DNA of 64,000 bases from positions 1,116,001 to 1,180,000 of the forward strand of contig MU008174.1 of NCBI GenBank assembly GCA_010909165.1, written 5' to 3'. Below are positions 33,569 through 46,058 of this stretch, piece after piece. The notes beneath the pieces are model-generated. The model saw only the letters and a list, made by a program, of their open reading frames with translations, had not been told where the DNA came from and searched no databases. How positions within the stretch are numbered: the first letter of the stretch is position 1; each line of letters begins with the position of its first letter. This DNA comes from Anthoceros angustus (Eukaryota > Plantae > Anthocerotophyta). Made by a program: the position numbers and the translations under genes.

Positions 33569-36050
33569 TTCAGCCGTTTTCCATTCTTGTTATCGCGCAT
33601 GCCACCCGTTCTCATTCCAATTGCATGCTTGACGATAGGGTGACAAGTGTTACACGCTTCCTTTACTCTTCATATAACCGCTTTGCGTCAAGGCAAGTTT
33701 CATACATGAATCTCATCGTGAATCGGCCGTGGACGGCCGTCCGGACAGTCGTGGCGCCCATTATGGCCATCGCTCCATTTCCTCCATGGCACACCGTATC
33801 ACGTGCATCTATACGGTGGAATGCCGATGGGGCGAGACGTGACGCATCGATGTGAGCCACGCACTCAAAAAGCGCTGACAGCGGGGCGGAACTCCGGTTC
33901 CCCGACAGCGGCGATCGTGGAGCCCGCGACTTACAAGCACTCTTTAAACCAAGACGAACCTGAATATTGTATTATAAGGGGGCAGCTGCGAAAAGGCGGG
34001 GAGGCGGGTAATGGGAACACAATGCACCCGCCGAAGGAATAGTGTTACATGTCTGTGTGTAACAAATGCAGGCTTGTATGCAAAGCCTGCACGAAGCAAA
34101 CAATGTAACGTCTGAGGGCCGTAATAAGAATCAGGTTAAAAACCCGTAACATGGGCACCATGTTTCTAGTAGTGTGTATTGCGTCTCTTCCCCACTACCT
34201 GACCAGAAGGCTCTACCGTTGGTTCCAGCTGCGAGTAGAGCAAACAATCCACATTGCATAGGCCTGGACTGTCGTTCCCAGTTCCCTCTGTCCCAGGAAC
34301 TCGCGCCACCACATCCTCGGATGCTGCCAAGCCACACATAGTAGGTAAGTGATATCACAAGGCTGCGATTGAAACAATTGTGCCATGTCCAAACATTGTC
34401 CACACGAACAAACAAAAGATTTTCCGCTTGCCTGCATCAACATCTGTCGTGACCTGCACATTCCAAAAATCCTCCATGTCATTTACAGAGTGCGTCACAG
34501 CCCACCGAGCCTCCTCCTTTGATGGCATCCTCGCCCACTTCGCCACAAATGCCATTCGGATGGGCTTCGCGCCTCGGCGCCCGAATGGATTAGTACTGCT
34601 TGCCGGTCCGCATCTGAGCATCTTCTTGCTGGGGCACTGGCCACACCCCTTTCCCTCGAGCTAGCTCTTGCACTCCAGCCTCCACTGCCTTCCTCCACTC
34701 CGAGAAAACCACATTCCTGTGACGCATGTCTCTCGTAATCGCCCTTATTCCTTACTCCGCCTCCTACCGATACCATGTTTCAATCGGAAATGTTGGGAAT
34801 AGTTTTTGACATGGCAATTTATTGCCGGCACATCCTTACATGCGAGCGAGAAAACCGATGGACTCGCTTAATCGATCGACGCGGCACCAGCCGTTTTCCA
34901 TTCTTGTTATCGCGCATGCCACCCGTCTCATTCCAATTGCATGCTTGACGATAGGGTGACAAGTGTTACACGCTTCCTTTACTCTTCATATAACCGGGCA
35001 ACGGGCGTGAAGGCAAGTTTCATACATGAATCTCATCGTGAATCGGCCGCGGGACGGTCCGGACACGTGGCGCCCATTATGGCCATCGCTCCATTTCCTC
35101 CATGGCACACCATGTAACGTGACTTACATGACGCAGATGGAATGCGGGACCCACGACAATGGCGAGCCACGCACTTAAAAACGCTGACAAGCGGGAGCGA
35201 ACTCGGTTCCCTCGACAGCGTGATCGTGGAGCCCGCGACTTCGGCCAGCACTCTTTAAACCAAGATTTAACCCTAATATTGTATTATAAGGGGGCAAATT
35301 ACAAAGACGGGAGGCGGGTAATGGAACACAATGCACCCGCCGGAAGGAATAGTGTTACATGTCTGTGTGTAACAAATGCAGGCTTGTATGCAAAGCCTGC
35401 ACGAAGCAAACAATGTAACGCTAGAGGCCGTAATAAGAATCAGGCATGTCAAAACCCGTAACATGGGCACCACAGCCGGTAGTGTGTATTGCGTCTCTTC
35501 CCACTACACTGTAAGGCTCTACCGTTGGTTCCAGCTGCGAGTAGAGCAAACAATCCACATTGCATAGGCCTGGACTGTCGTTCCCAGTTCCCTCTGTCCC
35601 AGGAACTCGCGCCACCACATCCTCGGATGCTGCCAAGCCACACATAGTAGGTAAGTGATATCACAAGGCTGCGATTGAAACAATTGTGCCATGTCCAAAC
35701 ATTGTCCACACGAACAAACAAAAGATTTTCCGCTTGCCTGCATCAACATCTGCCGTGACCGCATTCCAAAATCCTCCATGTCACAGAGTGCGCCACAGCC
35801 CACCGAGCCTCCTTGATGGCATCCTCGCCACTTCGCCACAAATGCCATTCGGATGGGCTTCTACCGGCGCCCGAATGGATTAGTACTGCATTGCGCCGTG
35901 CGCACGAGCATCCATGCCTTCTTCTGGGGCACCACACCCTTTCCCTCGAGCTAGCTCTTGCACTCCAGCCCACCGCCTTCCTCCACTCCGAGAAAACCAC
36001 ATTCTGTGACGATGTCTCTCGTAATCGCCTTATTCCTTACCGCCTCCGCC
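33470..36050. repeat. ~1.3-kb tandem duplication inside the CACTA
   Basis: 'ggaatagtttttgacatggcaatttattgccg' at ~33483 and ~34795; shared end 'tctctcgtaatcgcc' at ~34729 and ~36015. Confidence 0.9.
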
Positions 36051-36899
36051 TTCACTCGTGTCCTTACGAAATAGTTGCGCGAGCAGCAAGCGGAAAATTT
36101 CTTCCGTATGAAATCCAAGTTCTTGATGTGAGGAAACTCCCCTGCAACCAAGTCCATCAACCGAGTCCGCAATTGTACGTCTTGCGTTTTCCAACTGTGC
36201 CCCATTTTCATCCGTGTGATGACCAACTCATGAACGCTGCTTGTCAACGCATCCTTGTCATCCTCTTCCTCGTCCAAACACCCCCGGCCACCAGACACTG
36301 CGGTGCCCATGACCTCCACCTTCAGCAATTCTGCTGAGACCTCGTCCTTCCATGGAGGAGTGCAAGTGCTTTCAATGCTCGATAACGGAACCTCGCCCAC
36401 CGCTTCAAACCTCATGTTCCCGGGTCCGTGACCGCGCATCGGCATGGCTCCCCCAAGACCATGCATGCGGCCATAATGGGAGAAAACGCCGACTCTCGAG
36501 TCTTCCTCGTGGACTTGCTCCAAGGGAGGCAGCCTGTCCTCGAGTCTTCCTCCAACGGAGGCACTTCTGGCCTCCTCGCCTCCCATATCCGCAGCCATCC
36601 TCCAAATGCACCTCCCCGAGCGTCCCTCCCCGCCTCCACATAGCCATCTTGCTTGTGCTCGCAGTGATGAATTCGAGTTGTAACATCTGCCTTGCGGCTC
36701 GACATCGTTGAAGGCAAAAAAATAATAATGAGGCAAAATCAAGCACCTTTGATGCAAGGTCCGAACTACTACCCTCATTCCCGCCATGGCTTGGATTCCA
36801 CACGATGACACTTCCTCCACGCCTCGATTTGAACAAATGCCGCACCCTCGCCTCACACCATCCGACTTGAGCTTCATCGCCATCTCGATGATCAGAAGA

Positions 36900-38351
36900 A
36901 TGATTCTCGACGGGTTCTCAAGATCAAATATAATGCTCTTGGTACTATAGAACGTTATAAAGCTGTATTGGTTGCCAAAGGCTATTCATGTTGAGGATAT
37001 TGATTATAAGCCGGACTTTTCTCCGTAGTTAAACTACCTTCCGTCGTTCTTCTTGCTCGCTGCTCATTTTGATCTTGAAATGTGTCAAATGGATGTTAAG
37101 ACGCCTTTTTAAATGGTGATCTGGATGAAGAGATCTATATGGAGCAACCTTTACCATTTAATGATTCTATGCAGCGCAGCTTACAACCTGGTTTGGTTTG
37201 CTCTTTACTTCCTTCTCAACATGTGGAGCGATATCAACAGGTTGTTGGTTCTCTTATGTATGCTTCTCTATCTTCACGACCTGATTTAACATCTTCTGTT
37301 AATGTTTTATGTCGACATACTACTCGACCTTCCACACTTCATTGGCAATGGGTTAAGCGTGTTCTACGCTATCTACGGGGCTCTGTTAACTATGGTTTAT
37401 GTTTTGGTGACGCTTCTATCACAACAAATGCTCCTTCATGTCTGGTTGGTTATTGTGATTCTGATTGGGCTGGTGACCGACCATCTCGACGATCTACTTC
37501 TGGATATGTTTTATATGTTTTTAATGCTCTTGTTAGCTGGAGTACTAAGACACAACCTACTGTTGCTCTTTCTTCTATGGAGGCGGAGTATATGTCTGCT
37601 TCTTATGCTACTAAAGAGGCTATTTGGTTGCGTCTTCTATTACACGAGCTTGGCTATCCTCAGATAAAGCCTACTTCTTTGTATACAGATAGTCAAAGTA
37701 GTGTTAAGGTGGCTCATAATCCAGAATTTCATCAACGGATGAAACATATAGATATCCAACATCATTACATCCGTGAGAAAGTTGAAGAGGGTGTCATTGA
37801 TCTTCAATACATTCCTGCCACTTCCATGGTTGCAGATGGGTTCACCAAGATTCTTCCCATTACCAAGTTTCAACAGCTTTTTACGTAGTTCCTGCCAAGT
37901 TCTTAAGTCTCTTCTTCAAGCAGGTGCTAGTTTTTCCAGTGTGGCCTCTAAGCATGGCTTTTCCTCTTGATAGTTGTTTTTCCCTACAGGGTTTTTGCTA
38001 TTCTTGAGGTTTTTACTGCCGCTTAGAGTGCTCCTTAGTTAGTTTAAGGAGGAATGATAGGAATAGTACATATTGTATTAGTATGTAATGTTAGTGGTCA
38101 CTATAAAGCTGAGGTTATGGCAAGTCCTAGGGATGTGTGGTCTACGATGTAGCACTATAATAGTATAGTGGTCACTCCAGGGTATATAAAGGGATCACTC
38201 CGAGACTGTCTAGTATCATTGTTGTTACAGGCTCTCTAGTGTTCTTTGTTGCAACCTCTGTGCTTCCTTTCTTGTGCTATAAAGTCTCTCTTATATTTTC
38301 ATGATCCTGTGGATTCTTATCACTGCCTTCTGGAGCCATACATACAAAACA
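36900..38351 (+). mobile_element. Truncated, internally deleted Ty1/copia remnant (RT start + RNase H + PPT + 3' LTR) nested in the CACTA
   Basis: 'KIKYNALGTIERYKA.LVAKGY', 'QMDVKT.FLNGDLDEEIYMEQP', then a jump to 'YQQVVGSLMY...RPDL', 'YCDSDWAGD', 'KHIDIQHHYIRE', 'ADGFTK'. Purine tract aaggaggaa (38046-54), then a TG..CA-bounded LTR at 38055-38351. Confidence 0.88.
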
Positions 38352-39499
38352 GGGCCATTGTGCGAGTCCACGACCTCAGGCGCGGGGCCGCTATGAGGTT
38401 ACGAAACACGAGATCGAGCGCAATGCAACCGGGAAGGGATGAGGAGTTCAATAGGGGACTCAAAGCTGAAGGCCCGACTGGAGAATGTGAAACAAGACTC
38501 GCCGTTGAGCCGATGAGTTTTTCCTGTAATCGGGATAGGTGGTTGTGGAGTGTAAACTTGTGTCTAGAGACACCATGAGGTCCACATTCACCCTCAATGT
38601 CGTTGTAGGCCTAGGATTCGCTCCCAAGGGAATGGTTTGTGCCAAGAGACACTAACTTCTATCGCTACTGACCTTCACCCAAGTCAAGACTTACCTGCTA
38701 TTACTCCTCTTACCTATCTACTCAACTACTACTACCTCCGTATAGTCCGCAGTCAATGAGGAGTAGTGACCGTGGTCAAAGAAGCTCCTCATTTTCCCGT
38801 GATACCCTGCCACCACAGCCTGACGGATCTTGGACGGCCAGATCTGGTCTCGTGCCTGCTGGCTCTGTGCTAACTGATGTTACTCCAGCTGGTGTGTTGC
38901 GACCCACTTCTGGGGACTCATCAATCATACGCCCATTGACCACAGCGGTCGGTTTTGACTCGGCTTCTTTAAGATGAATCGCCAATGCATTGATCTCAGG
39001 TCATGCGGACCGGGCTTACGAATCGGGCGCCGATGGAAGAGATGAGGAGGTCCCAGCCTCCTCGATGATAAAGACCGAGTTGTTGCCTCAACAACAACAA
39101 GAGGACATTGAGCAAACGCGACTCAAATCGCAACCATGCAGCCCATGACAAATGCTTCACCAGACGCCTTGAGATGGGCGTGGGCGGAGAATGGAAGATG
39201 GGTTCTACATCGCGACACCGTGATCCGCCTCTTCAACTTTTGCATGGATTGTGTGATTTGCTCTATGTTTTTTCGTGCCCCTCGACATCACCAGATGCCC
39301 GAGGCACGAGAAGTTGGTGGCTTAAATGCACCGACTGTGACAACAAATCCGCTTCTTAGTAGCGTTTGGGGTCAGGGGCAAGCCACCGGGGCAAGCCATC
39401 ACCACCTATGATGGAAGGTTTGCACAGCCATCATTCGGCGATTTCTGCTTGCACCTATTGTATGTTATACGATTTTCCAAAATACCTAGTCCCATTCTC

Positions 39500-39973
39500 C
39501 TGTGTATGTTATACGATTTTCCAAATTACCTAATCCCACACGGCTTGACCCGTGATTTCGGTATTGAGTGCATATCATCCACCCCCCGCCATACAGCATG
39601 ATGTCGTGGTGTACAAAACTTGGGCCGACATGTATGGGAAGGTGTATGGGCGATCTTGTGGTCCCGACGATATCGGTATGGTTTCCCAGTGTCAATGTTG
39701 TAGAAGCCACTGAAATCCATCTCCATGGACACTGGCCTCCTAGTCATGCTGCACTCGAACCAATCCACCTCAAAAATGAAGAAGCTAACATCTCCTTCCT
39801 CACACGCAACCTCCAATATATCCCGAATGTGGCCGAAAAATTCCTGGCCTGCCACGTGGCCGTCCATGGCAAAATTGCCGTGAACCCAACTGTCACATGT
39901 GGCTCACGGGTTTCTCACCGACAAAGCGAAGTGGTACCCATGGGCCTCGAGGCCACGATATGACATGACCTTT
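39500..39973 (-). pseudogene. 3' part of the CACTA Tnp2 transposase (DUF4216-like domain)
   Basis: 'KVMSYRGLEAHGYHF' and 'FFGHIRDILEV...FIFEVDWFE...MDFSGFYNID' match the DUF4216 pattern. It continues in sense from the part ending at 46059. Confidence 0.75.
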
Positions 39974-42900
39974 TGTGGGCTACGGACTTCCCTTGGGGGT
40001 TAGGAAATAAGTGGGGTTTTGTTTTTTCAGAGGTCCAAGAATAAAATAAGGCGAAAAGGAGGAATAAGCGCGATGGTCGACTGCGAGTATACTCCGGACC
40101 GAGTGGTAACGGACCGTACCACTACGACGAGCTACGGATCGCGACCGGGTATCGGATAAGTCCGACCCCACTCCGGTCAAAACAGATAAGTACGCCAGGA
40201 AAGTAATTTAGAAGTTGAGTCGTGAGACAGATCGCCACGTGGACGGCCCCGAGTGGAGGTCGCATGCAGCAGCCAGACCGAGCCTTGCCAGGGGCCAGGC
40301 AGGTATTCACGCCTGGATCGGCGGCAACAGGCCGAGGCAGGCACGCGCGCGTAAGGTCGAGTAAGCCATGCACTCGCGCCATAGTGGAAGAGGCACCTCC
40401 CGCCGTTATTTCCAACGGCGCCGACGAGGAGGGTCATTTCGCGGCGACTCGAGACACCGCAGCCTCTGCGCCCGCAACCCGCCTCGCGCTATCTCTTGAA
40501 CGCCAGCATCTGCTCACCGCTAGTTGGAGCAACGAAGAAAGAGGGCGATCGTGCCCGATCTCGCACCGCCAAGAAAGGAGAAGAAGGCGATGGGACCCAA
40601 GAAGGTCATGGAGGTATGGGAGCCATGGAACCCGGTAGAGCGCAACATTGTAACCCGCTATCCGGACTTTGGGCCATGGCCGGAGGAGGCGGAGGATTAG
40701 TCAAGAGTGGCACTTAGACGTGTTCCAGTGTCTGACGCTTGACAAGTCACCGGGTCCGGAGTTCGTCAAGATGTTGGCACGCCAACAAGGAGGTTCGGTC
40801 CAAGAACCTCCGGAGGATCCTGTGAGATGGACCTTGAGGTCCCGAGGCGGCTTACAACCGCCCAACGGAGGAGGTTGGGGCGAGTCCCAGCCCCTCAAGG
40901 CGAGGGAAAGATAGAGGCAGCGAGGGCGGCGATGCTGAAGCCCGGAACGCAGCGAACAACCAACGGTTGATGCCTGACCGGATGACAAGGGTGAGGGCGA
41001 GCCCGGATCATTGTCCACTGGAACTTGCTCACCAAGGTGGATCACCTTGGTGATAATTTATTGGTGTTCCTGCATGCGCTGCAGCGGGGCAAGAGGGCTG
41101 ACTTGGGAAGGATCATCTTCGCCAGTTCAGAGGCCCACAAGCCGAGGAGCGAGAAGCCACCGCTGTCTGACTATCCCCATACCCGATCCATGTATGGGGA
41201 CATTACCTCCAAGGATGGGGAGGTAGAGCGGCGCCCGGAAAGGGTTGGCGGCCCTACGAGCAGGCGGGCAAAGGCGCCCGAGGTAGAGGCCCGACCCCTA
41301 GGGCCAAACGGGTCCGGAGGAGGACGATCGAAGGGATACTGACTCCATACGCGAACGGACCCCTCACCACCTAGGGAAGTGTGGAAGATATCCCCGCCTC
41401 CTCCTCTTGGTGCCTCACGAGCAGCAAAGCAGGAGACCGACCCCAAACACCACCACAACGGCAGAGGAGCCCCGACGAACTCGGCAATCAAGAGGCGGAA
41501 GACGGTGCACCGCCAACGCAAAGACCCTGCGCTCAGGCCGCCGCCACGGAGTGGCAAGAGGTCAAGAGGCGTGAGAAGAGCGTAAAGGGACGCCGCCAAG
41601 GAGGTGGAGGTCACCGCAAGAACCCCACTCGAGCCGCCCCTGCCGCCGACCGGGAGAGGCAAGGCCGCAACCCCCTCACCCTCCGAGCCCTGTGACGTAA
41701 GAGGGCGAATAAGGAATTGGCCAAGAGGGCCAAGGAGGGAAGCTGACAATCGTGACCTAAGGGACCCGATTAGGTCCGAGAACCCACCGACTTGCTCCGA
41801 TCATGTGGAGGTCCTTGGCGACCGTGAGATGCCCGCCTCCCACTACGGACTTTTGGGGCCTCACCGGTGGCGGCCGTGGAAGAGACACGGCGGGTCCTGC
41901 CACATGGACGGGCCTGGGGTCTCGGGACAGAGAAGACCTGTGAAGTAGAAGCCACCAGAGGCGATGGTGCTCCTCCAGAGCAATTGGAGGCGGCCCAGAG
42001 GCGAGGAGGAAGGCGGGCTCGGCCGCATCAAGAAGGGAAACGCCGGAGGCCGAAGGGAAGTCCGTCCATTCGACAGACGACTAAATTCCTTCACCGGGTG
42101 AGCAGTACAGAGGCCCAAGCGCTGGTCAAGACCGCAGCGGAGAGGGGTAGCGCAGCAGAGGAGGCCCGGCGCAAGCGAGAAGGCTCGCGACCGGGAGGCG
42201 GCCTACCGACCAGCCAAGTCGGGCGCCTGTGAAGGCGGCGAGGAGGCGGAAGTCGCTAAGATCGACCGCGATCACTATCGGCGTGATCGAACCGTGGAGG
42301 GAGACGGCAGGATAGCCGCGCTAACTCAAGAAGGAGCAGGAGGCGGCGGAGGTGCGGCCATGCCGAGGAGAAGGAAGCCGCGACAAGGAGATGGAGGATC
42401 TCCTGACTCGATTCTAGGTGGAGCAACGGCGGAGATGGAAGACCGCAAGAGACCACAGGCTGCGGCTCAAGTTACCATTGAGAGGAATGGTAATCTGCGG
42501 GCGTGATCACGGATCACGAGCGAGAGATAAGCGGCTCCGGCTACTTGGCGGACGGAGGAGGTAAGGCGATGGAGCAGGGCGGGGCGTCGCGAAATGGAGA
42601 AGGACTGGCGAAGCAACGCAGAGTTGCCGGCCGTCTGGAGAGGAGATGGAGCTAAGGCCCGGGATGAGCAGGAGGCGAGCCTTTGGGGCCTTGAAAAGAA
42701 TGGTCCATTAAGGAAGGCGGAAGGGAGCGCCGCGCTATGGCGAAATGGAGAAGAGCCTGGAGGAGCAGGAGGCGGCGGGGACCCGTGTTCGTCAGGCGGC
42801 CCTTGTGGCCTCGCGAGATTCGGCCCGGCTCCGGAGCACCAATGGCGAAGGAGATAGGAGGAGGAAGGCGGAAGGGAGCGCCGCGCTAACTCCGGAGCAC

Positions 42901-45900
42901 CAATGGCGAAAGGAGTATCGGGTGCTCCGGGCACATGTGGAAGAGGCAATCCAGCAAATTGACTCGGATTTTGCCTACTACCGAGCTCCTTAAGGCATTG
43001 GAAGCCTCGGCGCCCGCTACACTGGGCCGGACCCCGGAAGGCTCGAGAAGGGATGAAGGGCATGGGGACAAAGACGGACCCTAGTGGCCTGTTTGGAGAC
43101 GAATGGGGAGAAGAGCCTGGAGGAGGTGACGCGCCAATACAACGGATCTCGTGGTAAGTCCACCGCAACCCGCCGGAGGATAGAGGCGGGCCCGAAGGCG
43201 CAAGGAAGCCAACCCACCCAAGACAAGGGTAGGGATGAGGGCCTAGCAAGAAGAGGTCCAGACAAGGGGTCCGGAGCTTGGGACCGGACCAGACAAGTTC
43301 GACCCCGAGGTCCGAACCCCAGAGATGAGACCGACCGGCAGACTGACAGGACTCAAGTTGACCCGGAGTCGAGACCGACCCCGAGGTCCTGACTCAGAAG
43401 CAAGGAGGAGTCCCTCCGACTTACTGGGGAGGCCAATGGTCTACCGGAGGGGACCCACCGGGGCTGGGGAAGACGTTAGGTAACGGGCGGCCGCCGACCG
43501 CCGAGCCCAACCCGGCTGTGATTCCGGAAGAGGAAGGGGTCCCGCCGGATCATCCGATTGGGTGCGCCGCAATCGCCGTGACGGGAGATTGACCACCAAT
43601 ACCGAGACGGAACCTGTGACCTTCCCAGCCCACCGACGAAGGAGATAGGAGGAGGAATAGGATGGTAGGCGGCCGACATGCATCGAGCTGGCCACCACCG
43701 TAATAGGTGTAATAAAGACGCCGACTTGGGCGTAGTATAAGAGGGCCGAGGCCGCAATAAATCATCTTCTCTTGGTGTTGATGCTGCTTGCACCTTGTGT
43801 GTCTTCATGCTAACGTGAGTCCCGAGTCATCGAAAGGTGCACGGCGCCTCCCGGAGAGATCGATCAAGGTCCCGTGACGGACCCCAAGGCCTGTAAGGGA
43901 TGAAGGGCATGGGGACAAAGACGGACCCTAGTGGCCCCTGCTTGGAGACGACGGCAAATGGAGAAGAGCCTCAGGAGTGGACGCCAATACAACGGATCTC
44001 GTGGTAAGTCCACCGCAACCCGCCGGAGGATAGGCGGGCCAAGGAGGAGGAGCCAACCCGACCCAAGACAAGGGCCTGGGTAGGGATGAGGCCTAGCAAG
44101 AAGAGGTCCAGACAAGGGGTCCGGAGCTTGGGACCGGACTAATAAGTTCGACCCCGAGGTCCGAACCCCAGAGATGAGACCGACCCCGAGGTCCGACTCA
44201 GGAATAAGCGCAGACTCCGGTTCGATTCGAGTCGAGACCGACCCCGAGGTCCCGACTCGAAGCAAGGAGGAGTCCCTCCGACTTACGCCTGGGAGCAGGC
44301 CAGCGGCCCTATCGGGGGGACCCACCGGGGCTGGGGAAGACGTTAGGTAACGGGCGGCCGCCGATCACCGCCGAGCCCAACCCGATGTGATTCCGGAAGA
44401 GGAAGGGGTCCCGCCGGATCATCCGATTGCGCCGCAACTGCCGTGACGGAGATTGACCACCAATACCGAGACGGAACCTGTGACCTTCCCAGCCCACCGA
44501 CGAAGGAGATAGGAGGAGGAATAGGATGGTAGGCGGCCGACATGCATCGAGCTGGCCACCACCGTAATAGGTGTAATAAAGACGCCGACTTGGGCGTAGT
44601 ATAAGAGGGCCGAGGCCGCAATAAATCATCTTCTCTTGGTGTTGATGCTGCTTGCACCTTGTGTGTCTTCATGCTAACGTGAGTCCCGAGTCATCGAAAG
44701 GTGCACGGCGCCTCCCGGAGAGATCGATCAAGGTCCCGTGACGGACCCCAAGGCCTGTAAGGGATGAAGGGCATGGGGACAAAGACGGACCCTAGTGGCC
44801 CCTGCTTGGAGACGACGGCAAATGGAGAAGAGCCTCAGGAGTGGACGCCAATACAACGGATCTCGTGGTAAGTCCACCGCAACCCGCCGGAGGATAGGCG
44901 GGCCAAGGAGGAGAGCCAACCCGACCCAAGACAAGGGCCTGGGTAGGGATGAGGCCTAGCAAGAAGAGGTCCAGACAAGGGGTCCGGAGCTTGGGACCGG
45001 ACTGAGATAAGTTCGACCCCGAGGTCCGAACCCTAGAGATGAGACCGACCCCGAGGTCCCGACTCAGGAATAAGCGCAGACTCCGGTTCGATTCGAGTCG
45101 AGACCGACCCCGAGGTCCCGACTCGAAGCAAGGAGGAGTCCCTCCGACTTACGCCTGGGAGCAGGCCAGCGGCCCTATCGGGGGGACCCACCGGGGCTGG
45201 GGAAGACGTTAGGTAACGGGCGGCCGCCGATCACCGCCGAGCCCAACCCGATGTGATTCCGGAAGAGGAAGGGGTCCCGCCGGATCATCCGATGCGCCGC
45301 AACTGCCGTGACGGAGATTGACCACCAATACCGAGACGGAACCTGTGACCTTCCCAGCCCACCGACGAAGGAGATAGGAGGGGAGGAATAGGATGGTAGG
45401 CGGCCGACATGCATCGAGCTGGCCACCACTGCATTAGGGTAATAAAGACGCCGACTTGGGCGTAGTATAAGAGGGCCGAGGTCCCGAATAAATCATCTTC
45501 TTGGTGTTGATGCCGCTGCTTGCACCTCTGTGTCTTCATGCTAACGTGAGTCCCGAGTCATCGAAAGGTGCACGATACCGAGATCGATCAAGGTCCCGTG
45601 ACGACCCTAACGTGGTGGTGGTGTGTGGAAGAGCGATCGGGACCCGTGTTCGTCTGCAGCAGCCGCCCAAAGATCGCCGGACCGAACGTGTGAGCCGGAG
45701 GAACTCCGGAGGTGCAGAGAGCCCGAGAGGCCCGCTGAGCAACGGAGGAGGTCCGGATCGTAACCACTCATGCTCTTTCCAAGGTTGATGAGCGAGAGAG
45801 ATGAGAGGAACGGACTAAAGGAACGAGTGACGGCGGAACGATACGGACGCAAACGGGTCCTTAAACGCTTGGCCACACCGGCCTCGCTCGTGAACGTTAT

Positions 45901-46058
45901 GAGTAGTTAGACGAAACGACGATTGCGTGTTAAAGTTGAGCGACGCAGTAAGGTGAGAATCGTCGAAACGCTGCAAACGGAGCTTATCATTCTCTGAACG
46001 GACTCCTTACTACAACGACACGGATTGTGCTACCACGGTCACCGAAAGTCCCACCACA
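39974..46058. mobile_element. 6085-bp TG..CA-bounded insertion with 5-bp TSD (solo-LTR-like), no paired LTR or pol detected
   Basis: Starts TGTGGGCTAC and ends CCCACCACA. CCTTT is duplicated at 39969-73 and 46059-63. Excision restores transposase 'GPRTK|VMSYRG'. Confidence 0.85.
43030..45605. repeat. ~865-bp unit in three tandem copies inside the TG..CA insertion
   Basis: 'agggatgaaggg(g)catggggacaaagacggaccctagtgg' at ~43049, ~43897 and ~44760. Internal 'gaccccgaggtcc' subrepeats. Confidence 0.9.

Noticed and set aside
35951-36883. 310-aa minus-strand ORF inside the CACTA as a captured host gene
   Set aside because: No host-gene motif recognised and no true upstream context. Most likely a frameshifted part of the element's second ORF, left unassigned.
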